Positions 8,767 through 18,080 of a stretch of 32,000 nucleotides of DNA are shown in pieces. The translations under genes were made by a program, and so were the position numbers. This DNA comes from Gemmata obscuriglobus (lineage in GTDB: Bacteria; Planctomycetota; Planctomycetia; Gemmatales; Gemmataceae). The notes under the pieces are model-generated. The model saw only the letters and a list, made by a program, of their open reading frames with translations. It was not told where the DNA came from and did no database searches. The DNA is taken from positions 3,015,829-3,047,828 of the forward strand of contig NZ_CP042911.1 of the NCBI RefSeq assembly GCF_008065095.1, read 5' to 3'. The first letter of the stretch is position 1, and the number at the start of each line of letters is the position of its first letter.

Positions 8767-9035
8767 CGTCACGAGAGCGGGCGCATCGTCAGCCATGTCT
8801 GCCCCCTGCGGGGAATTCGCGGGTTAACCCGATTCTGATGATTGTATCGATGGCTGAAAGCATCAGAAATGTGGCCACACGTACAGTATCACTGTGTGTG
8901 TGGCCCCTTCGTTGCCGTGCATCCGTGCGTCGCGCACTGTTTACTAAACACGAAATTGCTCCCAAACGAACGTTGCAACCTGCGTGGCCTCACCCAGAGG
9001 CGAGGTGACGCAGACGCGAACGCACTCGGCGAGAC

Positions 9036-9335
9036 TCACTCGACTGTCCACAGAATGACTGAGTCCTTGTCCTTCACGTATATGCGGTTCCCGATCGCGA
9101 TCGGGTACGCGTACGTCGCGCTCGCCCCCACCTTATAACTCGCGAGTTTCTTGAACTCCTTGTCACTCGGCTCGAACACGGTGAGCTGTCCGTTGGGCGG
9201 AAGCGCGAGCAGCACCGCACCGGCGTCGACGATGTTGCCTTACCCGCGTCCACCGGGGAGTGGCTCGGTCCAGGAGGTTTTGCCCGTTTCGGAACTCACG
9301 CAAAAGAGGGCGTCCGACGAGGTGAGCCCGAAGCC
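9036..9335 (-). pseudogene. C-terminal fragment of a PQQ-like beta-propeller protein with an in-frame stop
   Basis: Manual minus-strand translation gives 'GFGLTSSDALFCVSSETGKTSWTEPLPGGRG*GNIVDAGAVLLALPPNGQLTVFEPSDKEFKKLASYKVGASATYAYPIAIGNRIYVKDKDSVILWTVE*'. There is a TAA at 9240-9242. The architecture matches the C-terminus of the intact propeller at 13007..14329. There is no start codon or N-terminal part. Confidence 0.6.
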
Positions 9336-9740
9336 ATCAACCCGCGCACGATCGCAACGCTCGGCGAAATCGGGGTCCAGATCGAGCCGACGGGAAAGCA
9401 CGCGCCGCGCGGGAAGAAAGGGGCCGCGAACCCCGTCTACAGCGTGAGGTGGGGCAAGGGGCTCAAGACCCGGGAGTTCTCGAAGGTGTACTCCGATCCG
9501 CACAACCCGCAGCGCGATTGCGCCGCGATCCTCGTGTGTAGTGAGGCCGACACGGCGTGCCCGAAGGTGACCGGCGCCGCTGCCCGCATTCCGCTCCCGT
9601 ACCTCGATCCAAAGCTGTTCGACGGTGCACCGTTCGAGTCCGCAAAGTACGCCGAGCGGCGCGACGACATCGGCCGCCTGATGCTCAGCGTGTTCATGCA
9701 GCTGCGAAGGCACTTGGAGGTGGGATCCGGCGGAAAATGA
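9333..9740 (+). pseudogene. N-terminally truncated low-molecular-weight phosphatase / ArsC-like fragment
   Basis: The frame of ORF 9444..9740 extends upstream to about 9333, reading 'AINPRTIATLGEIGVQIEP...CAAILVCSEADTACPKV...LPYLDPKLF...AERRDDIGRLM'. This aligns with the region from 'VNPRAIQFMKERGYD' onward of the intact ArsC at 11345. The CX5R(S) P-loop is missing, and the upstream sequence in this frame is unrelated. Confidence 0.55.
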
Positions 9741-9927
9741 GTTCTCGCTTTGGGTTGGCCCCGTTCATCTCATTTGTCAGCCAACAACGCACATCCTTCG
9801 ACCACCGGCTACCTTCCAACGCCCCGTCATCCGCACCTCGCGCCGGAAGCCCCTACGAACCGATTCTTTTTCAACCCGCATTGCCCCCGCTTCGGCCGAG
9901 CCGTGGAATAAAAGCAGCCGAGTACTA

Positions 9928-9958
9928 TTGACACGAATACACGACTTCGTGTATTCGT
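9928..9958 (+). promoter_or_regulatory. ars promoter (-35 TTGACA) overlapping a 12-2-12 inverted-repeat operator
   Basis: TTGACA lies at 9928..9933. ACGAATACACGA-CT-TCGTGTATTCGT spans 9933..9958 with perfect 12-bp arms, 18 bp upstream of the arsR ATG. A 12-2-12 inverted repeat is the classical ArsR/SmtB operator geometry. Confidence 0.6.
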
Positions 9959-9975
9959 TAATCAGGGAGAGCGCG

Positions 9976-10398
9976 ATGAGCACCAAGAAGACCGCAAAAG
10001 TTCCGGAGCCGAAGGCTGACGAGTGCTGCGACACCCGACCGGAGCTGAAGGACCGGCCGCTGTTGTCGTTCGTCGAGGCGGTCAAGGTGATGGCGCTTTT
10101 TAAGGTGCTCGCCAACGACACCCGGCTCCGGCTCTTGCACCACATCGTGCGGAGCGGAGAGGCGACGGTGACGGACCTGGCGAAGACGCTCGGCATGAAG
10201 CCGCAAGCGGTTTCGAACCAGCTCACGCGGCTCTCGGATACGGGCATGATCCTGTCGCGCCGCGACGGGAACAACGTGTACTACCGGGTCGTGAACGTGT
10301 GCGTGGGACCGCTCCTGGATCTGGCCCTCTGTTTGATGGAAGACCCGGGAGCGAACTGCGCGGTGGAGAAGGATAACGATGAGCAAGACGATAACTGA
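9976..10398 (+). CDS. arsR: ArsR/SmtB-family metalloregulatory transcriptional repressor
   Basis: ATG at 9976 is preceded by AGGGAGA. The winged-HTH motif '[65 protein letters not shown]' is present. It is the first gene of the ars cluster. Confidence 0.85.
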   Translation: MSTKKTAKVPEPKADECCDTRPELKDRPLLSFVEAVKVMALFKVLANDTRLRLLHHIVRSGEATVTDLAKTLGMKPQAVSNQLTRLSDTGMILSRRDGNNVYYRVVNVCVGPLLDLALCLMEDPGANCAVEKDNDEQDDN

Positions 10399-11239
10399 TG
10401 CGGTACGGGACAAATACGCGGCGGTCGCAGCAAGCGACTTGAGCGGGACGCACAGTGGTGTCCACGCCGTGGCCGAGGCGTTCGGGTATTCGGCCGAGGA
10501 GCTCGCGAGCATCCCGGCGCAAGCCAACATGGGGCTGTCCTGCGGCAACCCGACCGCGACAGCGAACCTGCGCCCGGGTGAGGTCGTTGTTGATCTCGGC
10601 TCCGGCGGCGGGCTCGACGTGTTCCTCGCTTCGAAGAAGGTCGGGCCGACCGGGCGTGCGATCGGGATCGACATGACCCCGGAGATGGTCGCGCGTGCGA
10701 CCACTAACGCGCAGCGACAGGGCTTTTCGAACGTCGAGTTTCACCTGTCAACGATCAACCAGATGCCGCTCGACAGCGACTCGGCCGACTGCGTCATCTC
10801 GAACTGTGTGATCAACCTGGTTCCGGACAAGGCGGCCGTGTTCCGCGAAATCTTTCGAGTCCTCAAGCCCGGCGGGCGCGTGGCGATCTCGGACATCGCC
10901 CTGAAAAAACAACTGCCGCCCGAGGTCGGAAACGATCTGATGGCGTACATCGGGTGCGTGGCGGGGGCCATTCCGGTTGAGGAGTACGAGAGCGGTCTCA
11001 AAGCGGCCGGGTTCTCTACCGTTCAGATCGTGGACACGAAAAAAGACCTGAACGCGTACGCGAAGGTGGAAGGGCAGGCGGCGTGCTGCTCCCCGGCGAT
11101 GGACGAGGCGACGTCGTCCTGCTGCACCCCGCAGGCCCAGGGCACGGCGAGTGTGCACGGCGGCCTCTCGCACCTCACCGCCAAGTACGACATTAACGAG
11201 TTCGCAGCCAGCGTTCAGGTGTACGCGGTCAAGTCGTAG
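10379..11239 (+). CDS. arsM: Arsenite S-adenosylmethionine methyltransferase
   Basis: The motifs 'VRDKYAAVA', '[10 protein letters not shown]', SAM motif '[13 protein letters not shown]', 'VISNCVINL' and '[12 protein letters not shown]' match ArsM-type methyltransferases. The gene overlaps arsR by 20 nt. Confidence 0.85.
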   Translation: MSKTITDAVRDKYAAVAASDLSGTHSGVHAVAEAFGYSAEELASIPAQANMGLSCGNPTATANLRPGEVVVDLGSGGGLDVFLASKKVGPTGRAIGIDMTPEMVARATTNAQRQGFSNVEFHLSTINQMPLDSDSADCVISNCVINLVPDKAAVFREIFRVLKPGGRVAISDIALKKQLPPEVGNDLMAYIGCVAGAIPVEEYESGLKAAGFSTVQIVDTKKDLNAYAKVEGQAACCSPAMDEATSSCCTPQAQGTASVHGGLSHLTAKYDINEFAASVQVYAVKS

Positions 11240-11344
11240 CGGTACTCGCGCCATCGAATCACTGTGGTCCGCACGAACACGTGCCCGTGTGGCGCGATAG
11301 GAGCGTGCGCGCGAAACCAAGCATATTTTCAGGGAGACAGACAC

Positions 11345-11770
11345 ATGGGTGAGGGGAAGAAGCGGGTGCTGTTCGTCTGCGTGGAGAACGCCAACCGGAG
11401 CCAGATGGCGGAAGCGTTCGCGCGGATCCACGGCGGCGACGCTGTGGAAGCGTTCTCGGCGGGGAGCCGCCCTTCGGGGAAGGTGAACCCGCGCGCGATC
11501 CAGTTCATGAAAGAGCGCGGGTACGATCTCGCCGCGCACGGCTCAAAGGCGCTCGACGAGTTCAACGGACGGGCCATTGATGTGGCCGTGACGATGGGCT
11601 GCGGGGACGCGTGCCCCTTGGTCCTGGCTGACCGGCGCGAGGAGTGGCAGATCCCGGACCCGAAGGAGCTCCCAGATGACGAGTTCCGCAACATCCGCGA
11701 CCTCATCGAGGGCAAGGTCAAAACGATGCTCGAGGCGCTCGGTGTGCCGATAAAGGGAGGTGCGGCATGA
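11345..11770 (+). CDS. arsC: Arsenate reductase, LMW-phosphatase (thioredoxin-coupled) type
   Basis: ATG at 11345 follows CAGGGAGA. P-loop 'VLFVCVENANRSQMAEA' (CX5R-S) is present, along with 'MGCGDACP' and 'WQIPDP'. Confidence 0.85.
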   Translation: MGEGKKRVLFVCVENANRSQMAEAFARIHGGDAVEAFSAGSRPSGKVNPRAIQFMKERGYDLAAHGSKALDEFNGRAIDVAVTMGCGDACPLVLADRREEWQIPDPKELPDDEFRNIRDLIEGKVKTMLEALGVPIKGGAA

Positions 11771-12861
11771 GCGCAAGTGCGACACAGACGCCGCCCGAGA
11801 CGGCGGCCCCGAAACGGATGAGCGTTTTCGAACGGTACCTGACGGTGTGGGTCGCGCTCTGCATGGCGCTCGGCGTGGCTATTGGGCGAACGCTCCCGGG
11901 GGCCACGCACGCGCTTCGCGGCCTCGAGTTCGGCTCCGGCAGCCCGATCAATGTGCCCATCGCACTGCTCATCTGGTTGATGATCGTGCCGATGATGATG
12001 AAGATCGATTTCGCGGCCGTCGCGGGCGTCACCCGCCGCCCAAAGGGGCTCGCGGTAACACTGCTCGTGAACTGGCTGGTCAAGCCGTTCGGCATGTTCG
12101 CGCTCGGGTGGGTGTTCTTCCAGGGCCTGTTCTTGCCGCTCATCGGAGATGAACTCGCGCGGCAGTACACGGCGGGCGTGGTCATCCTCGCGGCCGCCCC
12201 GTGCACGGCGATGGTGTTCGTGTGGAGCTACCTCACCGACGGGGACCCGGCGTACACGCTCGTGCAGGTCGCGGTCAACGACCTCATCATGCTGGTGCTG
12301 TTCGCGCCGATCGTGGGCTTCCTGGTCGGTGTTGCTGGGCTCGCGGTCCCCTTTAACGTCATCCTGCTCTCGGTGGGCGTGTTCATCGTTGTGCCGCTGA
12401 CCGTTGGGGTGCTGCTTCGCACGGTGCTCGTACGTGCAAAAGGACGGCACTGGTTCGAGCACGGCTTTTTGCCGAGGTTCCAGCCGGCCGCGATCGGTGC
12501 GCTGCTCGGAACGCTCGTGCTCATCTTCGCGTTCCAGGCGGACAACATCCTGTCGAACCCGCTGCACGTCGCGCTCATCGCGGTCCCGATCCTGATCCAG
12601 GTCTACTTCAACGCTTCGCTGACCTTTGGGCTGATGTGGCTCGTGCGGGTGCCCCACAACGTTGCGGCACCGGGGGCTCTCATCGGGTCGAGTAACTTCT
12701 TCGAGCTGGCCGTGGCCACCGCGATCGCCTTGTACGGCCCCGAATCGGGAGCCGCGCTTGCGACCGTCGTGGGCGTACTGGTGGAAGTGCCGGTGATGCT
12801 CAACGTGTGTGCGATGTGCAACCGGAGCCGCAGCTGGTTCGATTCGAGAAGTATCGCCTGA
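11767..12861 (+). CDS. acr3: ACR3-family arsenite efflux permease
   Basis: There is an ATGA start/stop overlap with arsC. The protein is polytopic and hydrophobic, beginning 'MSVFERYLTVWVALCMALGVAIG' and carrying 'AAPCTAMV', both typical of ACR3. Confidence 0.85.
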   Translation: MSASATQTPPETAAPKRMSVFERYLTVWVALCMALGVAIGRTLPGATHALRGLEFGSGSPINVPIALLIWLMIVPMMMKIDFAAVAGVTRRPKGLAVTLLVNWLVKPFGMFALGWVFFQGLFLPLIGDELARQYTAGVVILAAAPCTAMVFVWSYLTDGDPAYTLVQVAVNDLIMLVLFAPIVGFLVGVAGLAVPFNVILLSVGVFIVVPLTVGVLLRTVLVRAKGRHWFEHGFLPRFQPAAIGALLGTLVLIFAFQADNILSNPLHVALIAVPILIQVYFNASLTFGLMWLVRVPHNVAAPGALIGSSNFFELAVATAIALYGPESGAALATVVGVLVEVPVMLNVCAMCNRSRSWFDSRSIA

Positions 12862-13006
12862 CAACTATTCGAGAAACGACGGCTGCGACGGAAATCGACG
12901 TCTCGCCCGAGGCGCAGATTTCACCGCGACTCGCTAACAATAAGCTCTGACCCCGTCCGGCGCGAGCGGCCAAGGTGCTCCCGTCGAACCCGTCACGGAG
13001 ATCGCA

Positions 13007-14329
13007 ATGAATCTGCGCACCCTGTTCGTCGCGGCGTCCGCTGCGCTCGGCACCGCCTCACTCGCGAGCGGCGACGACTGGCCCCAGTGGATGGGACCCA
13101 AGCGCGACAACGTGTGGCGCGAAACGGGCATCCTCGAGAAGTTCCCAGCGGGCGGGCCGAAGGTCGTTTGGCGCGCTCCCGTCGCCGCCGGGTACAGCGG
13201 CCCGGCCGTCGCGAACGGCAAGGTGTACGTTACCGACCGCGAACTCGCGAAGGGGGCCGCGAACCCGGCCGACCCGTTCGACACGGAGAAAAAGGTCGCC
13301 AGCACCGAGCGGGTGCTGTGCCTCGACGAAAAGACCGGCAAGGAACTGTGGAAACACGAGTACCCGTGTGCGTACCAGATCAGCTACCCCGCCGGTCCCC
13401 GGTGCACGCCGCTGGTGAGCGACGGGAAGGTGTACGCGCTCGGCGCGATGGGCGACCTCCGCTGTCTCGAAGCAGACTCCGGCAAGCTCGTGTGGCAGGT
13501 CGACTTCAAAGAGGCATACAAGGCCAAGCCCGCGATCTGGGGCTACGCCGCGCACCCGATCCTCGACGGCAAGAAGCTGATCACGGTGGTGGGCGGTGAG
13601 GGCGCCCACGTCGTCGCGTTCGACAAGGACACGGGTAAGGAACTGTGGAAGGCCGGCGACGACAAAGAGATCGGGTACGCCCCGCCGCTGATCACCGAGG
13701 CCGCCGGTGTGCGGCAGATGATCGTTGCGGCGCCCAAGTCCGTTTACGCGGTCGACCCGGACACCGGCAAACAGTTGTGGACCACGCCGTACAACGCGAC
13801 CAGCACCTCCATCATCATGACCCCGGTGCGAAGCGGCGAGTACGTGTACGTGGGCGGCTACTCGACCAAAAACCTGATGCTCGAGTTGAACGCGGACAAG
13901 CCCGGCGTCGAGGTGCTGTTCAAAGACAAGAAGGGCTCGGGGCTCTCGCCGGTGAACGTGCAGCCGTTCGTGCAGGACGGCATCATCTACGGGCACGACG
14001 AGGGCGGGGCGCTCAGGGCCGTTGAAATTCCCAGTGGGAAGCGCCTCTGGGACTCCCCCGGTCCGCTCGCCGGTGACCCCAAGGGGTCCGACACGTCGTT
14101 CATCGTGAAGAACGGCGACCGATTCTTCTTCTTCAACGAGAGTGGGGAGTTGGTGATCGGGAAGCTCACCGCAAAAGAGTACGAAGAAGTTGACCGCGCA
14201 AAGGTGATCGAGCAAACCGGTGCCGCGTTCGGTCGCAAGGTCGTCTGGTGTGCCCCGGCCTATGCCGACAAGAAGATGTTCGTCCGCAACGATAAGGAAA
14301 TCATCTGCGTGGACCTCGCGGCGAAATAG
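13007..14329 (+). CDS. Secreted PQQ-like beta-propeller repeat protein
   Basis: Signal peptide 'MNLRTLFVAASAALGTASLASG' is followed by 'DDWPQWMGPKRDNVW'. Repeated 'G.VY...g.l.cld..tGk.lW' blades are present. Confidence 0.8.
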   Translation: MNLRTLFVAASAALGTASLASGDDWPQWMGPKRDNVWRETGILEKFPAGGPKVVWRAPVAAGYSGPAVANGKVYVTDRELAKGAANPADPFDTEKKVASTERVLCLDEKTGKELWKHEYPCAYQISYPAGPRCTPLVSDGKVYALGAMGDLRCLEADSGKLVWQVDFKEAYKAKPAIWGYAAHPILDGKKLITVVGGEGAHVVAFDKDTGKELWKAGDDKEIGYAPPLITEAAGVRQMIVAAPKSVYAVDPDTGKQLWTTPYNATSTSIIMTPVRSGEYVYVGGYSTKNLMLELNADKPGVEVLFKDKKGSGLSPVNVQPFVQDGIIYGHDEGGALRAVEIPSGKRLWDSPGPLAGDPKGSDTSFIVKNGDRFFFFNESGELVIGKLTAKEYEEVDRAKVIEQTGAAFGRKVVWCAPAYADKKMFVRNDKEIICVDLAAK

Positions 14330-14369
14330 TTTCGGCCGCGCTCGTGGAGCTACTGAGAATGTCGAACGG

Positions 14370-14397
14370 CGGGCGGGCATCGAGCCCGCCCGTTTTT
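14370..14397 (+). terminator. Rho-independent terminator of the propeller gene
   Basis: CGGGCGGGC (14370..14378), loop ATCGA, GCCCGCCCG (14384..14392), then TTTTT (14393..14397). It lies 41 nt after the stop codon. Confidence 0.75.
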
Positions 14398-14465
14398 AAT
14401 TGACCAGCGGACGCGCTGACCTTTTCGAAGCTCGGCACGGAATGAAGTCTCGCATGTTAAGCGAG

Positions 14466-15200
<735 letters not shown>

Positions 15201-15262
15201 CACATTTCGCTACACGACCCCGGCCGATCCGCAGCGCTGAGGCCTCTAGGGCCACCACTTTT

Positions 15263-15295
15263 TAACCTCCGATAATAGATGCTTATCGGAGGTTA
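15263..15295. repeat. Perfect 13-bp-stem hairpin (TAACCTCCGATAA / 7-nt loop / TTATCGGAGGTTA)
   Basis: Read directly from the sequence. It lies in the 200-bp gap between the S8 peptidase stop and the phd promoter. No T-run follows it on either strand. Confidence 0.5.
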
Positions 15296-15386
15296 GGGGA
15301 CTTCGAGCGACTCTTAAGCTCGAAAAAGCAGTGTCATTTAAAAGGGATGGTTACGCGAATCGAAACAAACGCCGTTCCATTTTTAG

Positions 15387-18080
15387 TCATGAAATCGTCG
15401 TTTCGGTCAACGTTTCTACTCGTACCGACGTGACATTTTTGATTGGCGTGTACAGATCTGCTTCCACATTTTCCGTCAGTAGGGTTACGACGAGACTGTA
15501 TTGCGCCTTCTGAAGCAGCCGCCCGAGATGGGCCCGTTCGCGCCACCAGCCCGTCACTGGATAAATGGCTATCGAGCCACACGCGGCGAGTTCGGCCGCT
15601 GAGCCTTCCCACCAATCACTGTGAACCGAACCGTGGGTTCGGCCCTTGTCGCCGACGACCCAGTTGCGCGTTTCCGACTGCGACTTCGGCCTCACCTTCT
15701 CGTCTTCCCACTGTGTCTTCGAAATGCGCTGTTTGAATTCCGCAACGCTCTCGAGTGGCCGAATGACGTCAAAGCGTAACCCGTGTGATGCGTACCGGTG
15801 ATTGGCTCCCCACCCGACACTGCCCGGGCTCGGCTCCACAAAATAAGACAATGTCACGCGCATGGTAACGGGCACTTCCCCGAGCTTTTCCAGCTCTTCT
15901 CGCGGCCACGGCAGCGCGTGAAGGTGCATCTCGTTTGTCGCGGGCTTCTTCTTCTCCGAATCGAACTTAAACGGCTGAAGTGCCCCTTCGTGTATCAGCG
16001 TGGCGCAATTTTTCAGACTGTACACCGCCCGGTCGAGGTCCGGAACGCCGTACCCGTAGCAGCGAAGACATCTTTGGACGTTGGCCTTGTTTTCGAGGCC
16101 GAAGCGCCCGGTCATCGCACGGGTCCATTGGGCCGAGTGAACCAACAGGGCGCGGACGGTTTCGGGGCGCAGCTTCGGGTAGTGGCTCCACAACTGGGCC
16201 GCCATCCGTGCGGCCAGTGCCGTCGCCGGGCTCGTGTCGCGCGTCGTGTCGAACAGCCGCCCGCTTGGGTGCAGCATGGTCGTCAGCAGCGACAGGTCCT
16301 CGACGCTCGAGCGCGACCCGCCGTGGGCCCCGTAATTCCCGCCCTCGCACACGATGTCCGGTTTGATCGGCCAGCCCGGGTGGTGATCCTCGGGCCAGGC
16401 AAGTGAGGTGCGGCTCGTCGGGCACAGGTCACCAGCTTCGGCTATGGGCTCGTAGCCGGCGTACGTCGGATCCTGGATCGTCACCTTGTTCGTGAACGCC
16501 CCGACGGTGATCGCGTTCCAGGACTGGGCCGGGTCCTCGATCCCCGCGCAAGTTGTGTTCCACCGGTGGTACTCATATTCAGGCGAATAGAGTTCCGCAC
16601 GCACGTTCCCGGCCGAAATGAACATGAGCTTGGGCGTCTCGTCGAGAACGCCCGCGCAGATTTCGTCAACGGCCCCGGACCACGAGGAGGGCAACCCCTG
16701 CGGCGTCGCGCTCGCCGTCACGGCCATACAGATCGCTCGGTTCCGATCGGGCCGCCTCATCATCGCCAGGGACACGCCCTGTTGGGTCACCGCGCCGTAC
16801 ACCTCCGGAGCGTTTTCGCTCGGGGGCGGCGGAAGGATCTTCACCGACTCGAGCCGGTGGCGCAGCCGAATCACCTCATTGGTGCCCAACACCTCGGTCA
16901 GGCACCCGAATAACGCGATGCCGGCCATACCGGTTCCGTGCTGCTCCTGATCGTGATCGTGCGCTCCCCAGCTCTCATCAACACTCTGGGCGTCCGATTC
17001 GGCCAGTGCTTGCTCAAGAAGCGGATGCCCGCGATGAACACCACGATCCAAGATGCAAACGCTGGGCGCCTCGTTCCCAGCGGCGACTACATTCTTGAGC
17101 ATCGCGGCGGCAAACTGGGCTTGGTCGCGAGCCGGCAACTCGAGGTAGGGGCCGGCGAGTTCCCTCGCCTTTCTGAGCTCTGCCATGAGGCTCAGTAGCT
17201 CCAAGGACCGGGAGAACTGGGCCGCACTACCGTACGCCAAGAGCACGACCCGCTCGGGAAACCTCACGTAACGCGTGGTGGTGCGGATCCCGAGGGCACT
17301 GGTCAAAGAACGAAACCGCGCGACAACGGATTCGGCTTGCGGGCGAAGCGCGTGCAACCACACCTCCCACCACCGTTCCTCAGCCTCGTCGGGGAACTCT
17401 TCCTTCTCGGCCCAAAAATCGCGGACGAGGGCCAGCCGCACCCTGGCAATGCTCGCGACGAGCGGAGTGTTCTTTCGCACCTGCTTCGAGACCGTGGCCC
17501 GTTCACCGAGCGCGGTGATGATGCGGTCGCTTTCGCTGACCGGGCAAGTGATCGATGCGGGGAGTTTTCCGTCCGACGGTTCCTTGATGCTGACTGAAAC
17601 CTTTCGCTTTTTGTCAACCAGCCCTTCTAGTGTCGCGCGCATGCTCTCGTCGGCGCTGATGGTGAGCACCGTTCGGGTCGCGTACGTCTCGACGAGCTTA
17701 AAGAAGTGCTCGAGTTTCCCATCGGCGACAAAGACTTGTGCCGTCTCGACGCCGTCGCGCGGGAGGACGCTTCGCAACTCGATCCCGTCTCTAACCTTTT
17801 CGAGCCCTTTGAGGTTCAGCTCCTCTCCTTTATCACTCTCGAACGTCAGCACCAGTCCGCCGGGCTCGTGTGTGAGCACATCGAGCCCCGACCCGCGCTC
17901 GCGGACGCGGATCTCTGCGGCCTGATCTCGAGCGGCGGCGAACCCGTTTTTCAGCTCGGGGGCGTGCGTTGTGGGGTTACGGGCCGGGGTTTTAAAAGAA
18001 CCGCCCCCGCCCGTGTTGGTTGAGGTGTAAGAAATCGGTTCGGCATTCTGAACGAGACGTAGGTGGGGCAGCTTACTCAT
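15387..18080 (-). CDS. S8-family (subtilisin-like) serine peptidase, IetS-like, with a large uncharacterised N-terminal region
   Basis: 897 aa. The subtilase triad and oxyanion motifs appear in order: 'VCILDRGV' (Asp), 'QHGTGMAGIALFG' (His), 'FISAGNV' (Asn), 'TRDTSPATALAARMAAQL' (Ser). It overlaps the upstream ATPase gene by 8 nt. Confidence 0.8.
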   Translation of the reverse strand: MSKLPHLRLVQNAEPISYTSTNTGGGGSFKTPARNPTTHAPELKNGFAAARDQAAEIRVRERGSGLDVLTHEPGGLVLTFESDKGEELNLKGLEKVRDGIELRSVLPRDGVETAQVFVADGKLEHFFKLVETYATRTVLTISADESMRATLEGLVDKKRKVSVSIKEPSDGKLPASITCPVSESDRIITALGERATVSKQVRKNTPLVASIARVRLALVRDFWAEKEEFPDEAEERWWEVWLHALRPQAESVVARFRSLTSALGIRTTTRYVRFPERVVLLAYGSAAQFSRSLELLSLMAELRKARELAGPYLELPARDQAQFAAAMLKNVVAAGNEAPSVCILDRGVHRGHPLLEQALAESDAQSVDESWGAHDHDQEQHGTGMAGIALFGCLTEVLGTNEVIRLRHRLESVKILPPPPSENAPEVYGAVTQQGVSLAMMRRPDRNRAICMAVTASATPQGLPSSWSGAVDEICAGVLDETPKLMFISAGNVRAELYSPEYEYHRWNTTCAGIEDPAQSWNAITVGAFTNKVTIQDPTYAGYEPIAEAGDLCPTSRTSLAWPEDHHPGWPIKPDIVCEGGNYGAHGGSRSSVEDLSLLTTMLHPSGRLFDTTRDTSPATALAARMAAQLWSHYPKLRPETVRALLVHSAQWTRAMTGRFGLENKANVQRCLRCYGYGVPDLDRAVYSLKNCATLIHEGALQPFKFDSEKKKPATNEMHLHALPWPREELEKLGEVPVTMRVTLSYFVEPSPGSVGWGANHRYASHGLRFDVIRPLESVAEFKQRISKTQWEDEKVRPKSQSETRNWVVGDKGRTHGSVHSDWWEGSAAELAACGSIAIYPVTGWWRERAHLGRLLQKAQYSLVVTLLTENVEADLYTPIKNVTSVRVETLTETTIS

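Noticed and set aside
9151-9447. 98-aa plus-strand ORF and the 157-aa minus-strand ORF 9240..9713 as real genes
   Set aside because: Both are composites reading across the junction of the two gene fragments. Only the portions described as pseudogene fragments show family-like sequence; the rest is antisense or out-of-frame read-through.
11329-12864. 511-aa minus-strand ORF spanning arsC and acr3
   Set aside because: It is antisense to two confidently identified genes. The product is an implausible His/Arg/Asp/Glu-rich sequence with no motif, so I treat it as a high-GC shadow ORF. The same reasoning applies to 9958..10704, 10748..11539, 26203..27042, 20926..21834, 21835..22629, 7714..8457, 2718..3440, 27856..28518, 29520..30185, 18020..18775, 17275..17925 and 15798..16406.
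13058-14380. 440-aa minus-strand ORF, exactly mirroring the length of the propeller gene
   Set aside because: It is fully antisense to a CDS that has a signal peptide, repeated propeller blades and its own terminator. Its translation is Arg/Gly/Val/His-rich low-complexity sequence, typical of shadow ORFs in high-GC DNA.
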